Below are positions 9,701 through 18,659 of a stretch of DNA of 64,000 nucleotides, piece after piece. How positions within the stretch are numbered: the first letter of the stretch is position 1; every line of letters starts with the position of its first letter. Where the stretch lies: the NCBI GenBank assembly GCA_019358915.1, contig JAHHIM010000055.1, positions 256,001 to 320,000 on the forward strand, written 5' to 3'. Under the pieces are notes generated by a model, which searched no databases, had not been told where the DNA came from, and saw only the letters and a list, made by a program, of their open reading frames with translations. A program made the translations under genes and the position numbers. Source of the DNA: Trichormus sp. ATA11-4-KO1. Lineage in GTDB: Bacteria; Cyanobacteriota; Cyanobacteriia; Cyanobacteriales; Nostocaceae.

Positions 9701-11355
9701 TAACTACCTGGTTGCTGGGTTACTTGAGCTGTTTGTAAAGCTTCTACCAACTGACTGAGGGCGACCTGTAATTGTACACCTGAGTCAACAGCAACCCAAC
9801 CTTCTGGCTTGAGGTGACGGACTTCAAAGTGCAGGTGAGGCCCTGTAGAGTTACCAGTGCTGCCAACTCGCCCAATGACGGTTCCTTGTTCTACCCATTG
9901 ACCGGGTTGAACAAATAGTTCTGACATGTGACCATAGAGGGTTTGTTGAGCGGAAGCGTGGTTAACAATTACAGTTAAACCATAACCACCTAACCAGTTA
10001 GCAGTGTCTACTTGACCTCTAGCTGCTGCTACTACTGGTGTACCCATGGGTGCGCCTAAATCTGTACCAGAGTGGAAACGGCGATCGCCTGTGATAGGAT
10101 GAGTCCGCCAACCAAATACGGAAGTAATGCGCGCGGGTATAGAAAGCGGGAAGATCATTCCCCCATCGCCACGATAGGCAAGTGTCCCAGTGAAGGGGAT
10201 TTGTGGCAGTACTGATGCTAGTGGAAAGTCGTAAGCTACTGTGCTAGGACGTGGTGCAACATTGCCTGCTGCCATTGGTGGGGGTAGAGTTTCACCACTC
10301 GGCGCGATGGGAGTTGCATTCGTGGTGGTAGCGAAATTGCTGGGGTTAGGAATAAAACGATTAGGGCGAGATGCGCTCTTGGTGGCACTACTAGAAGCAG
10401 TTTGATTAGGACGCCATCCACTATTGTTACTAGTAGTTGCTGCCTGCCGAATTGATCGCACCTGGGGAACGTTTGCTACCTGAGTATTTTGGCTGGTTTT
10501 GAGCCAGTTTGGTGCTGCTTTGCTGTCAGAATTAGCTACTCGCTGATTGCGTTCCTGGGGTGCTTTGGCACAACTACTGCCTGAGACACTTTGCCCAGAT
10601 GGTAAAACGGTTTGACAACCACTAGAGCGTTCTGTCAGCACCACAGAACTGGGCGCTTGATAAGTACCCGCAGTATTGGCATTGTAACGGGTAGGGTCAA
10701 TATAAGCGTTATTATAATCCCTGGTGTTACCTGCCGTTGTACTAGCTGCGCTGTTCGAGTTATTTGATGGTTGGGCAACTTCTGGCAGTTTTTCAGGTAA
10801 GGTGCGAGGAGTAGCGGGTTTAGCTACCTCAACTTTGGGTTTTTCTGTCCTCACAGTTGCTGCTGGCTGGGAAACCTCAACTTTGGGTTTTTCTGTCCTC
10901 ACAGTTGCTGTTGGCTGGGAAACCTCAACTTTGGGTTTTTCTGTCCTCACATTTGCTGTTGGCTGGGAAACCTCAACTTTGGGTTTTTCTGTCCTCACAG
11001 TTGCTGTTGGCTGGGAAACCTTGGGACTGCGTAGTTTCTGTATGAGTTGAGCTTGGCTGTCGTTAACTTCCGGTTTTGGTCGAGACGCTGCCGGAGAGAC
11101 AGTATCTTTTTTTACTGATTTTGTTATGACTGGCGTTGGTGTTGGCTGGGAATTTTCAATAGTGGGAACAATGTTATCTATTGATGTTTCCGTTTGGGCA
11201 AGTGCCAAGCCGCCACTTAAGAAACTCAGGCTACTCAGCACAAAAAAGCTCTGTGCTGGTAGTGTAGATGTATAGATGTGAAACAGCTTTCCGTAAGGAT
11301 AGCGTCTTGATAAATTATGTAAACGGTGATGGGCAGATTTATTGCGCTGCGTCAT
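9700..11355 (-). CDS. M23 family peptidoglycan endopeptidase with low-complexity N-terminal region
   Basis: HSGTD (HxxxD) and GNSTGPHLHFE (HxH) motifs. Confidence 0.93.
   Translation of the reverse strand: MTQRNKSAHHRLHNLSRRYPYGKLFHIYTSTLPAQSFFVLSSLSFLSGGLALAQTETSIDNIVPTIENSQPTPTPVITKSVKKDTVSPAASRPKPEVNDSQAQLIQKLRSPKVSQPTATVRTEKPKVEVSQPTANVRTEKPKVEVSQPTATVRTEKPKVEVSQPAATVRTEKPKVEVAKPATPRTLPEKLPEVAQPSNNSNSAASTTAGNTRDYNNAYIDPTRYNANTAGTYQAPSSVVLTERSSGCQTVLPSGQSVSGSSCAKAPQERNQRVANSDSKAAPNWLKTSQNTQVANVPQVRSIRQAATTSNNSGWRPNQTASSSATKSASRPNRFIPNPSNFATTTNATPIAPSGETLPPPMAAGNVAPRPSTVAYDFPLASVLPQIPFTGTLAYRGDGGMIFPLSIPARITSVFGWRTHPITGDRRFHSGTDLGAPMGTPVVAAARGQVDTANWLGGYGLTVIVNHASAQQTLYGHMSELFVQPGQWVEQGTVIGRVGSTGNSTGPHLHFEVRHLKPEGWVAVDSGVQLQVALSQLVEALQTAQVTQQPGS
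10828..11019 (-). repeat. Four in-frame 48-bp tandem repeats (VSQPTATVRTEKPKVE)
   Basis: Near-identical units with a 48-bp period. Confidence 0.95.
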
Positions 11356-11438
11356 TTGTTCTCTCAGTTGTTTTAAATTAGCCTAAAGAGATGATGTCAG
11401 TGGTTTGTCTTGCCCAAAGAGCGAAATTTTGAACAAAC

Positions 11439-12257
11439 CTAAGATGAAACAGAGGATTCACGGTAACCCAAACTGATTGTACCGGGTTCAACATAAATTT
11501 CTGGTGTTTTTATGTCATTTGTATCATAGGTTTCCAAAGATACATGGAGATTTCCCTGTGCATTTACGCCCACCACAGTGCCTAAGAGATTATTGATGTA
11601 TACCTGCTCTCCCATATTTGACAACAAGTCTAAATAGCGAGACAAGAGTACACTTACTCCTTCTTGGCAGAGGCACTCCATACCGGATTCTATTCCCAGT
11701 AAAACTGTGGAGGCGAGCATTTCCAGACAAGAGATAGCCTTAATTGGCTGGGAAGCTTGCCAGGATTCTAGATTGATGCCAGTATCGGGTACTGGGTTAG
11801 CCCAGTTAATACCAACGCCAATCACTGCTTGTATGATCTGTCCGTTATGGACTTTTGTTTCCGTCAAGATGCCACCTAGTTTGCGACCATGCAACACTAA
11901 GTCATTAGGCCATTTAATCCCAACACTTACGCCGCACTGACGCAAAAGAGCAGCAATTCCCCAAGCACTAGCTAGGGTGAGCTGATAACTATCGCTAGCT
12001 TCTAGTTTAGGAACAATACCCATCGAAAGATATAGTCCCCCAGTGGGAGAAATCCACTGACGACCCCATTGTCCTCGTCCAGCAGTCTGCTGAGTTGCAA
12101 TAACTACAGAATTTGGTTCAGCCCCTTGTTTGAGCAAGTCCCACAGGGTCTGATTAGTTGAAGGCAGACTTGCAAAAATATGCAGGGAAAATGGTAAATA
12201 AGTATACCTGCGCCCCGATGCCAGGGCAGTTTCTAAGAGTTGCCGATCAAATCCCAC
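11439..12257 (-). CDS. birA: Biotin--acetyl-CoA-carboxylase ligase
   Basis: STN, QTAGRGQWGRQW, KWPND, KLGGIL. Confidence 0.95.
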   Translation of the reverse strand: MGFDRQLLETALASGRRYTYLPFSLHIFASLPSTNQTLWDLLKQGAEPNSVVIATQQTAGRGQWGRQWISPTGGLYLSMGIVPKLEASDSYQLTLASAWGIAALLRQCGVSVGIKWPNDLVLHGRKLGGILTETKVHNGQIIQAVIGVGINWANPVPDTGINLESWQASQPIKAISCLEMLASTVLLGIESGMECLCQEGVSVLLSRYLDLLSNMGEQVYINNLLGTVVGVNAQGNLHVSLETYDTNDIKTPEIYVEPGTISLGYRESSVSS

Positions 12258-12332
12258 AGCAGTTAACCGAAATCCCGTTGTTCAAGTTAGCATTAATTGA
12301 TTATTTTGATTTCTGTTTAGGTTTGGTTGAAG

Positions 12333-13130
12333 ATGCACACTTGGCACTGGCACAATTGGCAAGGACTACCCTATCTTACTTGTAGTCTGCTCAAAGATTG
12401 GCATCACGGCTTTTTTACTCACCAGTTTTGGCCGCGATCGCCTCAAGATTTGACAAAAGTGCTGCACCCAGAAGCATCAGCTTATCGCTTGAAACAGGTA
12501 CATGGCAATATCGTTCTGACTCCACAAGAAATCCACAGCAAGTTAAGCACGGGTGGAGATGATATTTCTGGGGAAGACGATGCAGCTTTAGCCTTAGGAG
12601 ATGGTGTAGTGAGCGAACAGCCTTTACAAGCTGTTTGGGTAGCTAGCGCCGACTGTACACCCGTTTTAATTGGCGATGTGAGCACAGGACGAGTAGCAGC
12701 ACTACATGCGGGTTGGCGGGGTACGGCCGCGAAGATTGTTCCCGGTGCGATCGCGCGACTGCGGGAACAAGGTAGCAAACTGGATGATTTACGGATTGCC
12801 ATGGGGCCAGCGATCGCAGGTGAAGTTTATCAAGTTTCTGTGGAGGTGGCGGCGAAAATTGGCGCTAGCATTACACCCCATGAAGAGGAACAAAAGATTT
12901 TGGCTGCTTTGCATGAGTTACCCAATTCACCTTTACTAGAAGACCCCAATCCAGGCAAAGTGAGGTTGGATGTGCGGCGAGTGAATGTTCTACAACTAGA
13001 AAGTTTGGGAATTAGTGGCGAACAAATGGCGATCGCGCCTTACTGTACTTACCAAACTCCCGAACATTTCTTTTCTTACCGTCGGGAGAAAGAAAAAAAG
13101 GTACAGTGGTCAGGGATTGTCAGCGACTAA
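12333..13130 (+). CDS. pgeF: Peptidoglycan editing factor / YfiH family purine nucleoside phosphorylase
   Basis: QVHG, ADC.PV, HAGWRG, FFSYRR; ATG at 12333 preferred. Confidence 0.93.
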   Translation: MHTWHWHNWQGLPYLTCSLLKDWHHGFFTHQFWPRSPQDLTKVLHPEASAYRLKQVHGNIVLTPQEIHSKLSTGGDDISGEDDAALALGDGVVSEQPLQAVWVASADCTPVLIGDVSTGRVAALHAGWRGTAAKIVPGAIARLREQGSKLDDLRIAMGPAIAGEVYQVSVEVAAKIGASITPHEEEQKILAALHELPNSPLLEDPNPGKVRLDVRRVNVLQLESLGISGEQMAIAPYCTYQTPEHFFSYRREKEKKVQWSGIVSD

Positions 13131-13154
13131 GGATTGTCAATATTAGCATTTATC

Positions 13155-13607
13155 CTAAATCCTCAACACAGGATAGTTAGGATGTTCAGGATTGGGAATA
13201 AGTCGCTGATGCCTACAATCTACCAGTAAATCTAGTGTCTCCAGTACCGTTTGTCCAATCAAGACTGTATCACCTGTAACTAGCGTTGCTTCAGTGGTTT
13301 CTCGTCCTGTCAATTCAATAATTACAGGTTCAGTCACGCCTATAGATTCTTCACTACCGTTGGTGTATTGGGCAACTTGCTGTCCCCGAATTCTCAGACC
13401 AAGTTGCTGCACAATAGGCATAGGTAGTACAGTACGCACTGCACCTGTGTCTATCAGTGCCTCGGTTTCATATACCCGTAGCATATTTGGATTAAGCATT
13501 CCTCGACTAACAAGCGCCTCATCAATGGCATTGGTGAGCTTGACTTTGACTCGCACTGCACCTATAGATTGATTATTGGCGGGATTGGCACGATTTAGGT
13601 TTACCAT
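13155..13607 (-). CDS. Clan AA (retropepsin-like) aspartic protease
   Basis: ALIDTGA and LIGQTVLETLDL motifs. Confidence 0.85.
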   Translation of the reverse strand: MVNLNRANPANNQSIGAVRVKVKLTNAIDEALVSRGMLNPNMLRVYETEALIDTGAVRTVLPMPIVQQLGLRIRGQQVAQYTNGSEESIGVTEPVIIELTGRETTEATLVTGDTVLIGQTVLETLDLLVDCRHQRLIPNPEHPNYPVLRI

Positions 13608-13626
13608 AGAGTTTACCTAGAAATGT

Positions 13627-13721
13627 TTACACCCAGACAGTTTTTATATTTAAAATAAACCCCGGTAAAATATCTTCACCTGATAATTCTGCTGGGGATT
13701 CTAATATTTCTACTGGTTTAC
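13627..13721 (-). pseudogene. 3' fragment of a Uma2 family endonuclease gene
   Basis: Minus strand reads ..KPVEILESPAELSGEDILPGFILNIKTVWV*, a typical Uma2 C-terminus. Confidence 0.85.
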
Positions 13722-13736
13722 CAAAAAGCTGGGTTT

Positions 13737-13890
13737 AACGTGAGTTCGACAAGTGGAAAAAACCCCTCTCCAAACCTCTCCCCTGCCAGGAGAGAGGCTT
13801 TGAAACCTTGATTTTTAGTTCAAAACTAGGGAGATTTTTGCCCCTCTCCGTGTCGGAGAGGGGTGGGGTGAGGTTCATCGAATTCATGTT
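13737..13890. mobile_element. MITE nested in the IS left end
   Basis: Terminal inverted repeats AACGTGAGTTCGA/TCGAATTCATGTT; GGGTTT duplicated at 13731-13736 and 13891-13896. Confidence 0.8.
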
Positions 13891-13910
13891 GGGTTTAAAG
13901 CCTCGCCCTT

Positions 13911-14047
13911 CTAGGGCGACTTTTCTGCCTGTAGTCTATCAATCCAGTCTTCAATCAACTGGTCATCGTCTTGCGCTTCCGTTTAGCAATTCTTCTGAAT
14001 TTTTCCAGCCTTTGAGGGTCAACTCGTATACTCAACCTATCTTTCAT
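13911..14047 (-). pseudogene. Small ribbon-helix-helix-like gene with a 1-nt frameshift, divergent from tnpB
   Basis: MKDRLSIRVDPQRLEKFRRIAKRKRKTMT/QLIEDWIDRLQAEKSP*; span of 137 nt is one short of 46 codons. Confidence 0.65.
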
Positions 14048-14089
14048 TTTGCTATCCAATGGCTACCCATTTATGGGATCATGGGGAAT

Positions 14090-15214
14090 ATGAAAACACT
14101 GAAGTTTAAACTGTACCAGCACAAAAGGAATAGACACCTCAAGCGAATGATTAATGCTTCTGGGGTGATTTATAACCATTGTATTGCTCTGCATCGTCGG
14201 TACTACCGGATGTGGGGCAAACACTTAAACTGTGCAAAACTACAGGCTCATATTGCCAAGCTAAGAAAGCGTAATCCATTCTGGCAATCAGTAGGTTCTC
14301 AAGCAGTGCAAGATATTTGTCAACGCATTGAGAAAGCCTACCAGTTGTTTTTCAAACACAACAAAAAAGGAGTTAGACCACCAGGATTCAAAAAGGTCAA
14401 GAAATACAAATCATTCACCCTTAAGCAAGCAGGTTATAAGTTTTTGGGTGGCAACAGAGTAAAAATTGGTAGCCGAGTTTATCAATTTTGGAAGTCCAGA
14501 GAGATTGAAGGAAAAGTCAAAACCTTAACTATAAAACGCACTCCATTAGGTGAATTGTTTATGGTTGTGGTTGTTGATGATGGTAGTAATCCAGAGGTGG
14601 AAGTTAAGACGGGTAAAATCGCTGGCTTTGATTTTGGGTTGAAAACATTCCTCACTGGCTCTGACGGTACAACTATTGAGTCTCCCCAGTTTTTCAAGCA
14701 ATCTCTAAATTCCATCACAAAAGCCAGTAGACAGCATGCCAAAAAACTAAAAGGCTCATCTAACAGAGAACGAGCCAGGAAGAATCTAGTACGCAAATAT
14801 GAGGATATTTCTCATCGTCGGCGTGACTGGTTTTGGAAGTTAGCGCATGAACTAACTGATAAATTTGATGTACTATGCTTTGAGACTTTAAACCTCAAAG
14901 GAATGCAAAGACTTTGGGGTAGGAAGATATCAGACTTAGCTTTTGGTGAATTTCTACAAATCCTAGAATGGGTTTCTAAAAAGAAGAATAAACTGGTGAT
15001 TTTCATCGACCAGTGGTATCCCAGCAGTAAGACTTGTTCTAGTTGTGGACACGTTTTAGAAAGTCTTGATTTGTCTACTAGAGAATGGCGTTGTCCGTCC
15101 TGTCAATCAGTGAATGGGAGGGATGAAAATGCCAGTAAAAATATTTGTGCAGTCGGGGCATCGACTGTTGGGTTAGGCGATGTCAGACAGGCTGTGCCTG
15201 CAATTGCTGTTTGA
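14090..15214 (+). CDS. tnpB: RNA-guided endonuclease TnpB
   Basis: MKTLKFKLY N-terminus, RuvC motifs GFDFG / FETL / RDENAS, zinc finger CSSC..CPSC; the ORF-track extension to 13808 crosses non-coding IS end DNA. Confidence 0.95.
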   Translation: MKTLKFKLYQHKRNRHLKRMINASGVIYNHCIALHRRYYRMWGKHLNCAKLQAHIAKLRKRNPFWQSVGSQAVQDICQRIEKAYQLFFKHNKKGVRPPGFKKVKKYKSFTLKQAGYKFLGGNRVKIGSRVYQFWKSREIEGKVKTLTIKRTPLGELFMVVVVDDGSNPEVEVKTGKIAGFDFGLKTFLTGSDGTTIESPQFFKQSLNSITKASRQHAKKLKGSSNRERARKNLVRKYEDISHRRRDWFWKLAHELTDKFDVLCFETLNLKGMQRLWGRKISDLAFGEFLQILEWVSKKKNKLVIFIDQWYPSSKTCSSCGHVLESLDLSTREWRCPSCQSVNGRDENASKNICAVGASTVGLGDVRQAVPAIAV

Positions 15215-15254
15215 GCCTAGAATCCCCATGCCTTTAGGCTGGGGAGTATGTCAA

Positions 15255-15408
15255 GTTTTCCAGTTTCTCCTCCCGTGGGTGACATTATCAGTAGTTCTCC
15301 TTTGGCATTTCGTTCAAATTTAACTTCAGGATTTTCCCGACATAGTTGATAAAATTGGTCGTCGGTAAGTTTGATGATGGGGTTTAAGTTGACGGTAATA
15401 GCTGTCAT
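15255..15408 (-). pseudogene. 5' fragment of the Uma2 family endonuclease gene, cut by the IS
   Basis: LTDDQFYQLCRENPEVKFERNAKGELLIMSPTGGETGK, then IS right-end sequence. Confidence 0.9.
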
Positions 15409-15473
15409 AGAAATCTTTTTGGGAATGATATCAATTTAGTATTTGAGAAATGACTAAAGTCCTTACTACTAAC

Positions 15474-16523
15474 TTATGTTTTTAAGGCTGCATTCAAAAT
15501 ATCGCGGTGCATGAAAGCACGATCTACTAAAGATTGAATTTGCTCAGACGAAAGTGGATCACCATTGGCGTAATGTTCCATCCAAGTTGTACTAATTACA
15601 TTGGGATCATCTGGTAAATTTACCAAATCCCACCCAGGTATTGCTAATTCTTCCATTAAACGATTTACCTTGGGATCGTAACTCAAAGCAAAACAGCGAC
15701 AACCTTCAGATGCAGCCATAATTAAGCTGTGCAGGCGCATCCCAATTGCCATTTCTACGCCTTGATAAACACCTTTTAAAAGTTGCGGATCTTCTAAAAT
15801 GAGAATTTTGCTGACATCTTTTAATTGGGGTTGAATTGCTTCAGCAATTGCTAAATCTTCACTTTTTTGAAATGGCAGCAGTAATATAAATGCTTGAGTA
15901 GCTTTTTGAAAGTCCACTAAGGCGCGAGTCAAGTTCGCCAAACGTGCTGCTGTGAGTTGGGGATGATTTCTGAAGGTGACAGCCACTCTCGGTGCTGGTA
16001 ACTTCCCAAGTCCTGGTACTGGTTTACTCTCCAACGCCCAAACTGGATCAGGTGCAAGTAGACAAGGAATTTGCCAATCAGCTAATAAAGCCGCACTAGA
16101 GCGATCGCGGACACTAACTTTGGTACAACCAGTAAAATTTTGCCTTGCTAACCAACGAGTTGGCGATCGCTTTAATGGGCCGATACCTTGCGCCCAAGCA
16201 ACAGTTTTTAAACCCATGATTTGGGCTAATGCCATCAGTCCCCCATAATAAAATGGACTTATGGTACTGGTAACATCCTGAATTAAACTCCCACCGCCCC
16301 AAATCAAAGCATCGCTAGAGCGCAAAGCCTGTAATACAGGTAAAATAGCCATGCGATGATAACTTTCCACCCCATAGCGATCGCGGGTTTCCTGGGGATT
16401 GCCAGAAAGCACCACAGGCGTGACATGAGGTGGTAGCATTTGCAAAAGCGTCGCCAATAAAGCCTCGTCACCACCATTACCTTTACCGTAATACCCAGAC
16501 AATAACGCCCGCATCTTCCCCAT
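15474..16523 (-). CDS. csaB: Polysaccharide pyruvyl transferase CsaB
   Basis: GYYGKGNGGDEA, WGGGSLIQD, SVRD, GMRLHSLI, YDPKV. Confidence 0.93.
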   Translation of the reverse strand: MGKMRALLSGYYGKGNGGDEALLATLLQMLPPHVTPVVLSGNPQETRDRYGVESYHRMAILPVLQALRSSDALIWGGGSLIQDVTSTISPFYYGGLMALAQIMGLKTVAWAQGIGPLKRSPTRWLARQNFTGCTKVSVRDRSSAALLADWQIPCLLAPDPVWALESKPVPGLGKLPAPRVAVTFRNHPQLTAARLANLTRALVDFQKATQAFILLLPFQKSEDLAIAEAIQPQLKDVSKILILEDPQLLKGVYQGVEMAIGMRLHSLIMAASEGCRCFALSYDPKVNRLMEELAIPGWDLVNLPDDPNVISTTWMEHYANGDPLSSEQIQSLVDRAFMHRDILNAALKT

Positions 16524-16556
16524 TTTGAATTTTGAATTTTGAATTTTTAATTACTT

Positions 16557-16904
16557 ATGCACGCTCTTTCGATTCCCACCTGGATTATTCACGTTTCTAG
16601 CGTTATTGAGTGGATTGTCGCCATTTGGTTAATCTGGACTTACGGCGAACTCACTGGTAACCGTAGTTGGTGGGGATTATCCCTGGCCATGTTACCAGCT
16701 TTGGTTAGTGCTATGTGTGCCTGTACTTGGCATTATTTCGACAATCCCGAATCTCTCGAATGGCTGGTAACGCTACAAGCTACCATGACATTAGTTGGTA
16801 ATTTTACGCTTTGGGCTGCTGCGGTGTTGATTTGGCGTTCCACTAAGTCTGCCGATCCTGAAACTAATGTTGTTGCAGCCCCATCTATTAAAACAGAGTC
16901 ATGA
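16557..16904 (+). CDS. ycf49: DUF2499 (Ycf49-like) membrane protein
   Basis: HALSIPTWIIHVSSVIEW, AMCACTWH. Confidence 0.88.
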   Translation: MHALSIPTWIIHVSSVIEWIVAIWLIWTYGELTGNRSWWGLSLAMLPALVSAMCACTWHYFDNPESLEWLVTLQATMTLVGNFTLWAAAVLIWRSTKSADPETNVVAAPSIKTES

Positions 16905-17194
16905 TGTCTAAAGAAACCCTATTTGCGCTTTCGTTGTTTCCCTACTTGGGTTTCTTGTGGTTTATTAGCCGCAGTCAGCAAATGCCGCGTTTGGCACTAT
17001 ATGGATTTTATGGCACTCTTGTGTTTGTTGCCGTTACCATCCCGGCGGGAATTTATGCCCAACTACATTATGGCGAGTCTTTGGCTAATGTGGATTGGCT
17101 GCACGGCGGGGCAGAAGTTTTTTTAACGCTTTCTAACATCTTGATTGTGCTGGGTTTTGCACAAGCCGTTAGACAATTAAAAATTAAAAATTAG
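16901..17194 (+). CDS. DUF3593 membrane protein
   Basis: LFALSLFPYLGFL, LANVDWLHGGAE; overlaps the upstream stop codon. Confidence 0.88.
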   Translation: MMSKETLFALSLFPYLGFLWFISRSQQMPRLALYGFYGTLVFVAVTIPAGIYAQLHYGESLANVDWLHGGAEVFLTLSNILIVLGFAQAVRQLKIKN

Positions 17195-17304
17195 GCGTTG
17201 CTGATTGAAAATATGAATTTATCTCGCGCAAAGGCGCAAAGGCGCAAAGGTACAAAGAAAAATCAGGGTGATTTTAGCATTTCATATTCTGATTCAGCAA
17301 CGCC
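17194..17304. mobile_element. 111-bp MITE with 8-bp target-site duplication
   Basis: Inverted termini GGCGTTGCTGA..ATATGAA / TTCATAT..TCAGCAACGCC; AAAAATTA on both flanks. Confidence 0.85.
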
Positions 17305-17344
17305 AAAAATTAAAACCCAAGTATTGAGTATGAGGGACAGGTAA

Positions 17345-18118
17345 ATGGATGTCATTCCAGCGATTGATTTACTAGACGGGCGCTGTGTGCGACTGTATCA
17401 GGGAGATTATCAGCGATCGCAGGTTTTTAGTGAAAATCCGGTTGATGTGGCTAAACAGTGGGTTGACCAGGGTGCGACTAGGTTACATATAGTTGATTTA
17501 GATGGGGCGAAAGCCGGTAAAGTTGTGAATCTGGTGGCAATTGAGGCGATCGCTCAAGCAATATCCATACCAATTGAAATCGGTGGGGGATTGCGCGATC
17601 GCGCTAGTGTGCAACAAGTGTTTAGTTTAGGTGTGCAGTGGGCAATCTTGGGAACCATCGCTGTAGAACAACCCCAGCTAGTCCAAGAACTCTGCCAAAA
17701 TTTTCCTAACAAAATTATTATCGGCATTGATGCCCGCGATGGACTAGTAGCAACTCGTGGTTGGTTAGAAACTTCGCAAGTTTTAGCTACCCAATTGGCA
17801 GTGCAAATGCAAGAATTTGGTGCAGCCGCGATCATCTACACTGATATTCACCGTGATGGGACTCTTACAGGCCCTAATTTAGACGCTTTACGAGAACTCG
17901 CTAGTACTATTTCTATCCCTGTAATTGCTTCTGGCGGAGTTAGTTCTGTTACCGATTTGTTGAGTTTGCTGGCTTTAGAACCGCAAGGCGTCACAGGTGT
18001 AATTGTGGGTCGTGCTTTGTATACTGGCGATATTTCGTTGAGGGAAGCACTGCGAGCGATCGGCCCAGGGCGGATTCAGGATATCCCCCCAAATCTAGAT
18101 TTTTCTACCTTTGCTTAA
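17345..18118 (+). CDS. hisA: ProFAR isomerase HisA
   Basis: [41 protein letters not shown]. Confidence 0.97.
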   Translation: MDVIPAIDLLDGRCVRLYQGDYQRSQVFSENPVDVAKQWVDQGATRLHIVDLDGAKAGKVVNLVAIEAIAQAISIPIEIGGGLRDRASVQQVFSLGVQWAILGTIAVEQPQLVQELCQNFPNKIIIGIDARDGLVATRGWLETSQVLATQLAVQMQEFGAAAIIYTDIHRDGTLTGPNLDALRELASTISIPVIASGGVSSVTDLLSLLALEPQGVTGVIVGRALYTGDISLREALRAIGPGRIQDIPPNLDFSTFA

Positions 18119-18256
18119 CAGCAATTTGATATAAAAGTTAATATCTAGTACCGACAATCAGCCGACATCTTCTAGCTGTGCATCCTGCTGTTACAGTCCT
18201 TCCAGGAGTCTTCAGGCAGGATGTACTAGGTTAAAAGTCGGTTATTTTTTTTGATT

Positions 18257-18285
18257 TCCGGAACAGTAATTTATACTGTTGTAGT
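18257..18285 (+). promoter_or_regulatory. DIF1-like heterocyst-specific promoter
   Basis: TCCGGA (18257-18262), exactly 18 nt, then GTAGT (18281-18285). Confidence 0.5.
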
Positions 18286-18324
18286 TTAAGTAGTAGAAAT
18301 TAAGTAATAGTTAAGTATATTTCT

Positions 18325-18450
18325 ATGACTCGTCAAGAACCTCCTAATAATGGCAAGCCTCGTAAAACTGAACCTGGTGCCATCCGCATCAAAAGCCAAA
18401 AAAATATCATTGATAAACAGCAGGACAAAAAACTCGATGGAAAAGAATAG
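18325..18450 (+). CDS. Putative 41-aa small hydrophilic protein
   Basis: MTRQEPPNNGKPRKTEPGAIRIKSQKNIIDKQQDKKLDGKE*, directly downstream of the DIF1-like motif. Confidence 0.45.
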   Translation: MTRQEPPNNGKPRKTEPGAIRIKSQKNIIDKQQDKKLDGKE

Positions 18451-18659
18451 ATTCTAGTGTGTTAATTTTTACTAAATTTTAGTAAATTTCTTGAAGAAAA
18501 ATTTAAAAAAGAATGGGTTTCCTCTGGGATAGAGACGTGAACATGATAACCGTCTCTATTTTTTTATGTAAATTTTTGGACTATTTGGACAATACGGTCA
18601 ATTTTTTTTAACGAACCGCACAGGCGCAGAGAACACAGAGAGAAGGAATCAATCCGATC

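Larger units (their letters stand above)
13722..15254 (+). mobile_element. IS200/IS605-family (IS891/IS1341-like) element carrying tnpB without tnpA
   Basis: Follows TTAC (13718-13721); left end CAAAAAGCTGGGTTTAAAGCCTCGCCCTTCTAGGGCGAC with hairpin; right-end hairpin ending in TCAA (15251-15254). Confidence 0.85.

Noticed and set aside
13808..14089. 94-aa N-terminal extension of TnpB in the ORF track
   Set aside because: It runs through the MITE, IS left end and antisense RHH-like gene; TnpB-like sequence begins at MKTLKFK
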